Source: Priapulus caudatus (taxonomy: Eukaryota). From it: a DNA stretch of 44,606 nt. The translations under genes and the position numbers were made by a program. The notes beneath the pieces were generated by a model that searched no databases, was not told the origin of the DNA, and saw nothing but the letters and a program-made list of their open reading frames with translations. The stretch is taken from contig NW_014577061.1 of assembly GCF_000485595.1 (NCBI RefSeq), forward strand, positions 1,731,214-1,775,819, read 5' to 3'. Shown piece after piece: positions 13,040-23,707 of the stretch; the first letter of the stretch is position 1; each line of letters starts with the position of its first letter.

Positions 13040-13260
13040 TATTTTCGCGAAGAATGAGATTATGACGTCCACTTTATGCAGCGTGGCGCCCCCGCGGGCT
13101 TGCCCAATTCCACCCGCGTCCACAAAATTGGTGTCCTCCTACTATAAAATAATCATATTCGGGTCGTTATACTTTTAATAAAGACGATCGAATGCACTTA
13201 GTCGTCTACTCAGCGTCGTAGACCTCGCATTCCACTGGTGCACTATGTGATAGGTATGAA
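13040..13260 (+). promoter_or_regulatory. Candidate hunchback promoter and non-coding first exon
   Basis: TTTTCGCG (E2F-like), TGACGT (CRE-like), GC-rich boxes, CCAAT (~13104), TATAAAA 13143-13149, and a downstream donor TAG|GTATGA at 13253/13254. No transcript evidence. Confidence 0.35.
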
Positions 13261-13402
13261 TATCGTGTTAGGGAAGCGTCTTGTATCATATAAGCTATAT
13301 TATATGCTCTCTGTAAGCTCGGGTGTCTGCTAAACGAATTGCGCGCGGATGTCGCTTACCCTACGCTGCTCGTGACGACGGCGGCCAATGCAATGTCCGG
13401 TG

Positions 13403-13783
13403 CTCGCTCTCTCTCTCTCTGTCTCTCTGTCTCTCTCTCTCTCTCTCGCTCTCTCTCTCTCTCTCCCTCCACGTCTCATCCTCTCTCTCGTCTCTCGCTC
13501 TATCTCTCACGTCACCTCTCATCTCGTCTTCCTCCCTCGCTCGAATCCACTCTGTCTCTCTCTCTCTCTGCTCTCGACCGCGCCCTCCTCGTTCCGTCGC
13601 TCTCTCTCCTTCTTTCTGGTCTCTCTCGTATCCTCCGCTTCTCAGTGATGTCCTCTTCTTTCTTCGTATTTTTCTCCTCTCTCTCGCTAGCTCTCTCTGT
13701 CTCCCCCTCGCTCTCTCGTCACTCACACGTTTTCTCTTTTTTCTATCCCTCTAATCTCTCTGTTTCCCTTCCCCTCTATCTCT
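13403..13783. repeat. Long degenerate (CT)n polypyrimidine tract
   Basis: Direct reading. Confidence 0.95.
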
Positions 13784-14162
13784 AAGAGATATTAGTCCTT
13801 GCTGACTGTCCCCGCCAGCATAATTATTAGAGTAATAAATTTCCGTCATGTACTATTCCTGAAGAAGCCATTCGTGCACGACCAATGAGATGTTACTGAC
13901 ACGGTGCATATCAACTATGATATCTCCCGCTCTCTCTCCCTTTCATATATATATATATATATATCATATGATACACGAGACCCTGTACTCATATTACGGA
14001 TAAAAATATCTGGAGTATTTTGTTGAATGGTGAGCAATATATGACTAGAAAATGGAATGTTGCACGCATAATAATTATGGTGCGACGCGTGGTAAGGCGT
14101 CCGCACGCGTGATGTAATGTACCGTCCCCGTGAAGGCGGCGTTAGAGACGTGATGCGATGGA

Positions 14163-14207
14163 CAGCGTCAGCGTCAGCGTCAGCGTCAGCGTCAGCGTAA
14201 GACGTCA
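14163..14207. repeat. (GCGTCA)n hexamer repeat ending in GACGTCA
   Basis: Direct reading; six CGTCA half-CRE cores. Confidence 0.9.
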
Positions 14208-16720
14208 GCATGCGATCTAGTCGTGGTTTACGGCTGACGCACGCGCGTGTACATGTAGTGCTGAGCACCAGGTGTGCTAGAGTACATGTGCGTGATTCAG
14301 CGGCTCGGGCGTGAGGTAGCGCTAGTGTACAGCATTGGTGCGACGTAGTGATCGCCATCCATCGATTGCGCCTGTCGCCTCTGCGCCAGTTTTGAGCGAA
14401 CAGAAATGGCCACCGGAGACGTGTGTGTGTGTGTACCCTCTATAAAATTTAATACTGGCCGGATCAATCCACGCTGACCTAAATAGTGTGCAGCTAGTTA
14501 TTGCCTGCCGCCGCTTTTTCCGTGTAAATGACATTAAATTTAATGGTAGGCAATCAATGAGAGCAGCACGACGACACGGAGCCGAATTACAGCGGCCGCG
14601 ACATATTGCCTTGGTAACGGCGGCCATCGCTGGTTACGCGTGCCGAGTAAAGCACTGACCCATGGTCAGGCTTCGGCCAGTAACATGTGCAGTGATTACA
14701 TTATGATGGCTGTGATTGATGGCATAAACAAGGCGCCTGTTTGGAGAGACGCGCGCCGTACGCGCGCACGTAACCGTCGCTGTAGTCGTCTAGCGGAGTT
14801 CTTCGCCGCAACTTGGAAAGCAGCCGTGGATGGAGAAAACGCACAGCGTGTAGTGGCAATAAATAACGATGATTGCTTAGAGGACCAGCAACGGCTGACC
14901 ATACGGCCTTGTGAAAACTACGGCGATGGTGAACTTTGCTCGGTCAATGGTAGCTTTATTGGCCACGCGTGCGCTTGTACTATAACATACAAACGCAAAC
15001 AGCGTCTATTTTTCCCGATTCCGGCGATGGGCCATCGAACGATTCGTGTGGATGCTATAAATTCGTTGAAAATGCGATGGCGTATTTTGTTACATTTCTT
15101 CTCGAGGAAGTCCTGGAAAACTGGTCATCTTCTGAGCAGAGAGACGTTCCCCAATGCATTTTCAGTGAAAAGGCATGATGATTGTGATGTGAAGCAAGTA
15201 AAGCCGTAAATGTTCTTGCTTCATAGGTAATATTAGCATGCGTGGGAGAAACAGCGAGGCAGGGCTGTGCATGAGACCTGGTCATGTGTTTGTGCCCTGG
15301 CCCTTGGCCTCAACAAATATTTGTGCGCATTTTTGCAAGCGCGCCTTATCTCTCTCGCATGTTGACACAAGCAAGCGTTGTTGCGAGTATCTCAGTGCCA
15401 GGTCGTCCGCCGCTATCTGCGAGGCCATTACCTTTATGCCTTGGGAGCAATCGGTTTTTTTAATGACACCGTCCTGAATTGTCAACGATGCGCGCGCGCG
15501 GCCAGCCTCTCTGTTGTCGTGTGCGCCCGCAGCCGGTGTCGCTGACCCAACAGTTGTCTGTCAAGGACATATGCCTTGCTGGCGAAAGTAGCAGCTACGG
15601 GGTGCTTACGGGGAGGCTGGTGCGATCGATTAGCCTTATCAAAGCTTATTGATTTACAGAATAAATCTACATACATCTGACTGCATACGCTCGAAGCTGA
15701 CTGACGGCCAAGCGCTTCTCCCCATCTGCTCGTATTAGATTGTCTTGGCCTTCCAGCAGTCACACTTGCGCATGCCGTATTAGAACTGAAATGCGTATAT
15801 ATATATAATATATGACGTGGACTGACGTGGTGTGATCAAGTGTAACTAGGCATGAGGTTTTTTTTTATAACGACGACGATCGAATTTGTGCAGTTTTCTG
15901 TTTTCTCTCTCAGATAAGCACGCTGTTTTTCATTATGTGTAAGCTGGGCTGACTACTGTCCGGGTTTTCAGTGGTGAATACTGCTAGTGGCGTGCGCTGC
16001 CTCTGGCAGAGGATTCGATGGGTGTGACTGAAGCCATTTTTCATGGATTGTATGGTTGCAAAAATAAATCAGTAGCTAAACGTATTTTGTTTACAATTAG
16101 GCATTTTACCAACCTCCCCGACATTCCTCAAGAAATGTGGCACCCATAAATATTTACCTGCAGATGTTGGTTAGTTTGATTTTGTGCAAATAAACTCGTC
16201 GAGAGTACGCACTTGTTTAAAGCAGTTGCTATTTTGCGATGCAGTGCAGTGCCGCATACAGGAAAGACCGTGCTTCCAGCACTGACCACGCACGTACACG
16301 TGTACGTCTGTCATCAGTGCTAGTGGTCAGTCTGTCCAGCTATCTCTTGCCTCGCTATCTATAGAGATGTAAGTGCATGTCACCGGAAAAAGCTGCCACC
16401 GGGCAAATAAGCCGCAGTGGTCATCCCACTGCGATGTTTGTCTAGCTCGCTGTAATAGCTGAGACCACTCCTTCACTATTTACGCGCGCCTGCCACATGA
16501 ATGTGTACGTCTGCTTCAGTGAGTCAGTCACCACACGGCCCTTCACCGGCCATGACAGGCAGGAAATGAGACGGCTAAAGCCCAAAGCTTTTTAACGGTG
16601 CCATGTTTCTCGCTGGTGTTACTACACAGACGAGGTATACGAAGCATGCGGCTGTACAAAGCTCGTGTTTGGCACGTGTATCGTAAGAGTTTCTAGCTCA
16701 GTTATATATAGGCATTTCTA

Positions 16721-16744
16721 ATTTCCATTTTCCTTCGCTTACAG
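16721..16744 (+). promoter_or_regulatory. 3' splice acceptor of the hunchback coding exon
   Basis: Branch-like ttctaat, polypyrimidine tract atttccattttccttcgctt and acag| ending at 16744, 45 nt upstream of the ATG. Confidence 0.75.
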
Positions 16745-16789
16745 GTGCACAATTTGATGAAGGTAACTGCATAGCAACGACAGAACACG

Positions 16790-19700
16790 ATGGACAACAG
16801 TGAAGTTCGCAATGGCCTAGAACGACCGCTCGACCCGTCCTACACGAACGGTATGAGCATGAGCAGCTTGTACGGCGTCGCCGGGTACAACAGCGGCGCC
16901 CCCTACAACGGCAGCAGCGGCGCGTACATGAACAAGGCGGTCGAGGGCCAGCCGCCTGGCCGCATGGAGCCGCCGGTCAGCAACATGAGCTACGCGGTGA
17001 TGGACTACAACCGCCACTACCTGCCGCGCACCGCCGAGCACTCCGACTTCAACTCCTTCCGCAACTACATCATGAGCCGCATCGAGCAGCCGGACTTCTC
17101 GCCGGAGCGCGGCGGCGGCAAGCGCGCCGACAGCAACGGCGACAAGCAGCTTGCCTCGCCGCCCTTCAGCTCCGCGTACGGCTACGCCGGTGCCAAGGAC
17201 TCCACCGGCAGCGGCGGCGGGTACCGAGGCGTCCCTCCGGGTCTCGCCGACCAGCTGCCCGGCTACGGCCACGGACCGAAGGCGACCGATTACGTCGGCA
17301 ATGGTCACGTCGTCGGTGGGCCGCCGCACGGCTACCTGACCGAGTACGGCGGTCTGTACGCGATGCCCCCTGGTGAGCACGGCGGTGGCGGGCGGGCGGC
17401 AGGAGGCGCGGGGAAGCCCGGCCGCTACGGCCCGCCGATAGCGTACCAGCTGGATGTGACGAAGGGGTTGCCGCCGCTGCTGTCGCCGCAGCAGCGGACG
17501 CCGCCGCCACCGCCGCAAACCGCGCGCAATCCAGCGTTGCTGGCCTGCTTTGCCAGCGGCTCCGACTTGCAGGCGAGCCTCAACTGCAGCAGTGGGGGCA
17601 ACAGCAGCAGCAGCAGCAGCACGAGCAGCGTGTCGCCGAGCATGTCGCTGCCGCCACAGCCCTCCCCCGTGCCCCCGTACCACACCCCGCAGCCGCCCTC
17701 CCCCGCCGGCACCCTTTCCGAGACGACACCACACAAGCAGCGTCCCGACGCGGAGGAGGAGCCCGGCGACGCGAAGGAGAAGGGCGCAGTCTCCGACGAG
17801 AAGGCTGCGGTGAAGGAGGACCCCGGCGACGACGAGGAGGAAGCGATGGATACGGGCGACGCTCTTCCTGACGACATCTCGGCGCACAGCCCCGTCGCGG
17901 GGGAGGCCGCCGACAACCAGTCGGACACGGAGATCGAGGGCAGCATGAAGGAAGATGATGGCGGGAAGGAGGACAACGAGGACATCGCCGACCCGAAGCC
18001 GGAGAAGCCCGACGGCGTGGAGGAGGAGACGGAGGAGGAGGAGAAGGAGGCGGCGGCGGCGACGACGACGAAGGAGGAGGGTGCCGCCGTGGAGGAGAGT
18101 CTGGACCCGGAGAAGCAGTTTGCTCTGGCCTTCGAGCAGGCGAAGGCGGCGAGCATGCGCGCGCAGGCGGAGCTGACGAAGCGCAACCTGGAGCAGGCGG
18201 CGGCCGAGTTTGACGCGCACGAGGAGTTCATGCCGAGCATGGTCGAGGAGCGGCCCGACGCCGTCTACCGCTGCACGCTCTGCAGCTACTCGGGCACATC
18301 GCGCTTCCACTTCAACTCGCACATGAACACGCACTTCGACCACAAGTGCTCGCTGTGCGAGTACACGGCGCGCACGGAGGCGCGCCTCAAGAAGCACATT
18401 CGCGAGCTGCACGGCGACGCGTCGGCGGCGGGCGATGGCGGCAGCGGCGGCGCGCAGGCGCTGCGCGTGGCGCGCGTGAGCCAGATGCCGCCGAAGCAGA
18501 AGGTGTACCGCTGCAAGCAGTGCGAGTTTACGGCGACGAACAAGAACGAGTTCTGGGATCACTCGCGGCTCCACATCAAAGTCGACAAGATGCTGTCGTG
18601 CCCCAAGTGCAACTTCGTCACCGAGTACAAGCACCACCTCGAGTACCACCTGCGCAACCACTTCGGCTCGAAGCCGTTCAAGTGCAGCAAGTGCAACTAC
18701 TCGTGCGTGAACAAGTCGATGCTGAACAGCCACATGAAGTCGCACTCGAACTTCTACCAGTACCGCTGCCAGGACTGCACGTACGCGACCAAGTACTGCC
18801 ACAGCCTGAAGCTGCACCTTCGTAAGTACGGCCACAAGCCGGCGACCGTGCTCAGCGGCGGCGACATGTTCGTGCTGCAGCATCCCGAGCTGCTGCTCGG
18901 CCGGCGTGGCGCGCGCGGACCCAAGAAGAAGATGTTCGGCCTGCCCGAGTTGCCGCCGGCGATGATGAACGGCGGCATGCGGCACCCACCGTTTGGCTTC
19001 CCGATTCCGCCGGGCTTCAACGGCCTGCCGCCGTCAATGATGGGCAGCCTGCTGATGCAGCAGCAGCACAAGCCGTCGGCGGCGGCGCTGCGGGCCGGCG
19101 CGGTGGACGCGTCGCGCGGCGCCGGCGGCGAGCCGTGCCTCAGCTGCAACCTGTGCGACTTCCGCTCGAAGTACGCCGACCAGCTGAGCCGGCACATGAT
19201 GCTGCACGCCGCCGCCGACAACCAGGACCTCTGCAAGCTCTACGGCATCTCGACGGAGACGCTGATGGCCGACGGCCGCCAGGTGTCGCCGGCCGTGCTG
19301 CGCGAGGGCCAGCTGTCGCCGGGCGAGGTGCGCCGCTGGGCGCAGGAGGCCGAGCGCAGTCAGCCGAGGAGCAAGACGCCGCCGAAGCTTTGTTCGGCGG
19401 CCGCTGTCGCCGCGGCGCTCTACAAGAACGTTGAGGGCGTCGACAAGGCGAAGGTGCTCGACCTGAGCCGCAACCACGACGTCAGTGCGATGAAGGACGC
19501 ACTCGACCAGATCGGCGCCGTCAAGATCAAGCAGGAGCCGGACGCCGGCGGCCGGGACGCCCCGCCGCCGCCGCCGCCAGAATCGAGTCTTCCGGAGCCA
19601 GTGGCGGCGCCCTCCTCTGCCGCGTCGCCGTCGCGAAGCCGCCGCAAGGGCAAGGCCTACAAGCTTGACCGCATCTGCATGAAGCTGCAGAAGCAGTTCT

Positions 19701-20278
19701 CACCTGGCGGCGGCGGCAGCGGCGGCGGCGCCGAGTCGAACGACGGCTACAGCTCGGACTCGTGCGGCGCCCCCGCGGCCGGCGTCACCTATGCACTCGA
19801 TTGCGACGCAGCGGCGGCAGCGGCCGACGACAAGGTCGATCGAGAGCCGAGCGAGCATGTGCACAGGGTCGCCGACGCTGACTGCGTCGCAAAGCCTCCG
19901 CCGCCACCGCCGCTCGGCCGCGCGAGCATCAGCGCGAGTCCGGAGTACGAGGAGCAGTGCCATCGCGGCTTTGCCGAGCAGCAGGCGCTCTACCACAGCC
20001 ACCAGCTGTTCGGCGGCGGCGCGGCAAGGCGGCCGGAGCTGGGCAAGGCGTCGATTGGCGCGCTCGTGCTGCGGCAGATGGGCGGCGCCCGGCTCGCCGA
20101 CGCGTGCGAGGCATACGAGTGCAACTATTGTGAAATCTCCTTCAAGAACTGCGTGATGTACACGATGCACATGGGCTACCACGGCTACCGCGACCCGTTC
20201 AAGTGCAACATGTGCGGCCACCAGGCCGAAGACAAGATCTCATTCTTCTTGCACATCGCCAGGGTGGCGCACATGTAG
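16790..20278 (+). CDS. hb: Hunchback (hb/hbl-1) C2H2 zinc-finger transcription factor, 1162 aa, single coding exon
   Basis: Diagnostic middle fingers [65 protein letters not shown]. Two N-terminal fingers, one extra finger ([21 protein letters not shown]), basic box [10 protein letters not shown], and two C-terminal Ikaros/Hb-type fingers ([30 protein letters not shown]...[10 protein letters not shown]). Strong GC3 bias; in-frame stop upstream of the ATG. Confidence 0.97.
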   Translation: MDNSEVRNGLERPLDPSYTNGMSMSSLYGVAGYNSGAPYNGSSGAYMNKAVEGQPPGRMEPPVSNMSYAVMDYNRHYLPRTAEHSDFNSFRNYIMSRIEQPDFSPERGGGKRADSNGDKQLASPPFSSAYGYAGAKDSTGSGGGYRGVPPGLADQLPGYGHGPKATDYVGNGHVVGGPPHGYLTEYGGLYAMPPGEHGGGGRAAGGAGKPGRYGPPIAYQLDVTKGLPPLLSPQQRTPPPPPQTARNPALLACFASGSDLQASLNCSSGGNSSSSSSTSSVSPSMSLPPQPSPVPPYHTPQPPSPAGTLSETTPHKQRPDAEEEPGDAKEKGAVSDEKAAVKEDPGDDEEEAMDTGDALPDDISAHSPVAGEAADNQSDTEIEGSMKEDDGGKEDNEDIADPKPEKPDGVEEETEEEEKEAAAATTTKEEGAAVEESLDPEKQFALAFEQAKAASMRAQAELTKRNLEQAAAEFDAHEEFMPSMVEERPDAVYRCTLCSYSGTSRFHFNSHMNTHFDHKCSLCEYTARTEARLKKHIRELHGDASAAGDGGSGGAQALRVARVSQMPPKQKVYRCKQCEFTATNKNEFWDHSRLHIKVDKMLSCPKCNFVTEYKHHLEYHLRNHFGSKPFKCSKCNYSCVNKSMLNSHMKSHSNFYQYRCQDCTYATKYCHSLKLHLRKYGHKPATVLSGGDMFVLQHPELLLGRRGARGPKKKMFGLPELPPAMMNGGMRHPPFGFPIPPGFNGLPPSMMGSLLMQQQHKPSAAALRAGAVDASRGAGGEPCLSCNLCDFRSKYADQLSRHMMLHAAADNQDLCKLYGISTETLMADGRQVSPAVLREGQLSPGEVRRWAQEAERSQPRSKTPPKLCSAAAVAAALYKNVEGVDKAKVLDLSRNHDVSAMKDALDQIGAVKIKQEPDAGGRDAPPPPPPESSLPEPVAAPSSAASPSRSRRKGKAYKLDRICMKLQKQFSPGGGGSGGGAESNDGYSSDSCGAPAAGVTYALDCDAAAAAADDKVDREPSEHVHRVADADCVAKPPPPPPLGRASISASPEYEEQCHRGFAEQQALYHSHQLFGGGAARRPELGKASIGALVLRQMGGARLADACEAYECNYCEISFKNCVMYTMHMGYHGYRDPFKCNMCGHQAEDKISFFLHIARVAHM

Positions 20279-23200
20279 AGCACCGCCCCCGCGTGCCGCG
20301 CGGCGTGCCCCGGTCACGTCCACGTACCGCGTAGTGCGTGTCCCCGTACTCGATGCCGCATCCTACCTTTGACTCATGCCAATCCATCAACTACCGGACC
20401 TCTACTGTTGCAATAACTGTCCGATCGACAGGACGTGGCTGGCTTGCTCGCTGGCAGACACATTCGGTGTGCTATCATGCATAGGTCTCGTGCAAGGTAT
20501 TCAGGTTTAAAAACTTCTGAGGAAAATTCATAATCCGTAATGCGGTCTCGGTTGGAGATGGTACACGGACAGTTCTTTCCATAGACGAATTAAGAGATAG
20601 TAACCAGTATAACTACATGCCTTAGACGGAAAAATGAATGTAGTATTTAGTGTGTCCTTCCCCATGGCCTTTTGTAGCTAGCTAAATTCCATAAGTATTA
20701 TGGGTAGTAAGTGAAAATGTTACTATCATGCATGTACCAAAGATATAACACTCTGGGAAGATGGCTTTCTAGGACGTGAAGATGTCAGCATGTTCTTGCC
20801 GTAACAAGAGGCAACCCTGAAGGTGGTGCCACGATGATTCTTCTGAGGTGGCAAATGCTTGGCGTTAGTCTGGAGAAATACGAGGCGCGCACAATCTATC
20901 TATACGTGTATTCTTGAATGTTGACTGTACTTATGGTCGGTTATTTATTAATGGTAACTATTGAGGCTTATGCTGGGATGCGTTCTCAGTAGAGTTATTC
21001 CTGTATCAGTAGATACTCGTCGTTTTCCGTAATACGCTGTGGATCCTTATATATGCGTATTGTGAACGTTGAATTCAGGAAAGAGTAACATGCAATACTG
21101 GCTAAATCTAAACTCGCCAAAGAACTTCTGCCACTATTTATAGTGATAGGAGATAAATATGTTATGGTATAACGCAATGGCAGGACGTATTCTGTGAAAC
21201 AGATGCCTAGCTGGTGGTTTGCTGTGAATAGAGGGTCCCATAATCCAAACCCGTTTGGCCAGCGTTGCATGCAAGTAGTCTTCCTGTGGCCTGTGTTCCT
21301 GATGACATTTATATGTTCACTGTTCGATGTTTGTAAGGTTCGGAGGTTTTCTTTTTTTTTCTTTGTAAATAATTTATATTTATGTCGAAACTGTATAAAT
21401 ATAGTCAGGGATGCAGTGATATTGACTCGTGGTGTCCAGAAGAGATATTGCTCAAACTTTGTTATTTCAAACTTTATCTGAACTCAGGGGTGTTTGGGAA
21501 GGTTTTCTCTGGATACTACGTGCTCAAGTGGGGGCGTCTGTCGTGTGTGTGTGGTCTCGCCACCGCTTGCCTAAGGCCTGCAGCTGCATTGCGAGACGAA
21601 CTTAGAGCTGGTCAGCGCTGTGTATTTTTTCTGTTGGGAGACGTCCGTGGTTGGCGCTTCGTCCAGGGGGCGCCTGCAGAGCTAGCGTGTGCCTCGGCGA
21701 CGCCGGGCAACCTCGCTCGTTGCAATGCGGTGTCGCGCGTGATCTCATGACGGTTGGCTGAGTGTGTACACTAAGGATCAACCCTCTTTTCAATTTGACA
21801 TCTTCCAGAATTCCAAAACTTTGTTTTTGTTGTGTTTTGTATGGTCAGGAGATCGCGACCTTTTTGAGGCTGGTCGCTGTATACGTTAATGTGTGGAATG
21901 AGTGTCGTGTAGTCGGGACTGCTATTGCACTCATTCATATCATTGTTTCACAGTGAGTTTTATGGACCAGCAAAGGAACGAAATGTTATGACTTTATCAT
22001 AGGTTTTTCATTATATTTGATTACTAGTTATCAGTGAGGAGTTGAATATTATTTTACTACTGTTGTATCTGTCGTTATGGAAGGTAATGCAGGGGCGAGG
22101 GAGATGTGTCCATGACATTGTGTTTGTGCTACATATTATACTCAGTGTCATAATACTATGCCTTAGGTCAGTCATCAGGGTTCAGAGTTTCTGCTGGCTA
22201 TTTTGTAATAATAGACTCAGTGGCACCGCCCTCGTGGCCGACGGAGCAGTTTATTTTCAGAAGTTTATATTTTTTCCAGGAGGGGAGCTTCTCGGCCACG
22301 AGGTGGCGCATGTGATGAGTCTGTACTGGTGTTGTTGATGATCAAAATAGTGGTGATACGCTGTCAAATCACAGTTTGAAGTTAATTTGCTCAAGACGTG
22401 GTGTCTGTGATTGCAGCCAGTGGTATAAGGAGATACACAGTACAGACATGTCAGCACTTGGGTACGTGCATGTATAAATACACACAAACACACACATAAA
22501 AAAAATATGTAGGTATGCATGTATATATATCATAGATTTTTATATATATATATATATATATATACGTATGTATGTACTCCTGTATGTGTATATGTGTTAC
22601 ACAGTGCAACTTGCACTTGTATTATATTGGCTGCAGCGAATAAGTAGCAGGTCTCCCTCTTGCTGTCCGCTTTACTGCAGATCCCAGGTTCAGAAAAATT
22701 ACTGTCTCTGTGGTTTCACTTTTGCGGGCCACTCATCCTACCGTTTGGACTGGCACATAAACAATGTGCATATAATCTAGTTATATTGTGATGTTTCCTC
22801 ACCTGCCCTGGGAGACACTGTAACAACCTCCGAATTGTTGAAAGATCACCTAGTGGTGGACATACCTCTACCGTAGGCGCCCACGAGACCACCTTACGTC
22901 GGTGCTGGTGCCCATAACGTTGTTACGGCGTGTTGCGGTAATCTTTCTAACAGAATTGGGAATTTTCGTCGCATTTGTTCTCGGTATCACAGGTATAGTT
23001 CCGTTAAATGCAATACGTAGCATCAGTGGGCAAACTTCACTTTTTTCACGTGCACCTGTAGGCGTTGACGTACAACCTACAGCGATTTCCTCTGGTTTCT
23101 GCGGGAGAGCCGTTTGCGAGCCGACAGACGTGTTACATTCACACTGCAGCCCTTACTAAAACTATACCGAATATTACCTCAGTAAGAAACACACTGTATG

Positions 23201-23360
23201 TCTACATTGTCTATATTTCCTTTGCATATTCTATCAATACGGGTTTAAATGTTTTATGAAATACTATATGTTTATATTGTGATTGCAAAAGCCGTCAGAT
23301 GGGAGACGTGCCTCTTCTAGAGCGTAAGGAGACCTTATCTCACGAAGTGCAGATACGAGC

Positions 23361-23361
<1 letters not shown>

Positions 23362-23407
<46 letters not shown>

Positions 23408-23642
23408 CTTCTCTCTTCTCTCTTCTCTCTTCTCTCTTCTCTCTCCCCCTGTCTATCTCTCTCTCTCTTTCTTTATCGATGTGTATGCGTGTCACCCCAG
23501 ATACTCTCTATCTCTCTTTAACTCTCTGCCTTTCCCTTCCCCCCTCTCTTTCTCTCTCTCTCTGTCTCTCTCACACAATTTCTCTCGGAGTACACGGAAG
23601 GGAAGCGTGCGTACTCTATGCGTCCGTGCGGGAGGAGAGAGG

Positions 23643-23704
<62 letters not shown>
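23362..23704. repeat. (CT)n tract followed by (GA)n tract
   Basis: Direct reading. Confidence 0.95.

Positions 23705-23707
<3 letters not shown>

Noticed and set aside
13323..13785. Leu/Ser-rich and Arg/Glu-rich ORFs (also 23299-23863)
   Set aside because: Translations of (CT)n/(GA)n tracts.
14640..15209. 189-aa ORF upstream of hb
   Set aside because: Non-ATG start, no domain and no codon bias like hb; more likely regulatory or 5' leader sequence.
16817..18985. 722-aa antisense ORF and other ORFs overlapping hunchback
   Set aside because: Shadow ORFs caused by the extreme GC3 bias of the hb CDS; no recognisable domain.
22520..22527. Second perfect Pumilio element TGTATATA
   Set aside because: Lies at the edge of a (TA)n microsatellite and is likely incidental.
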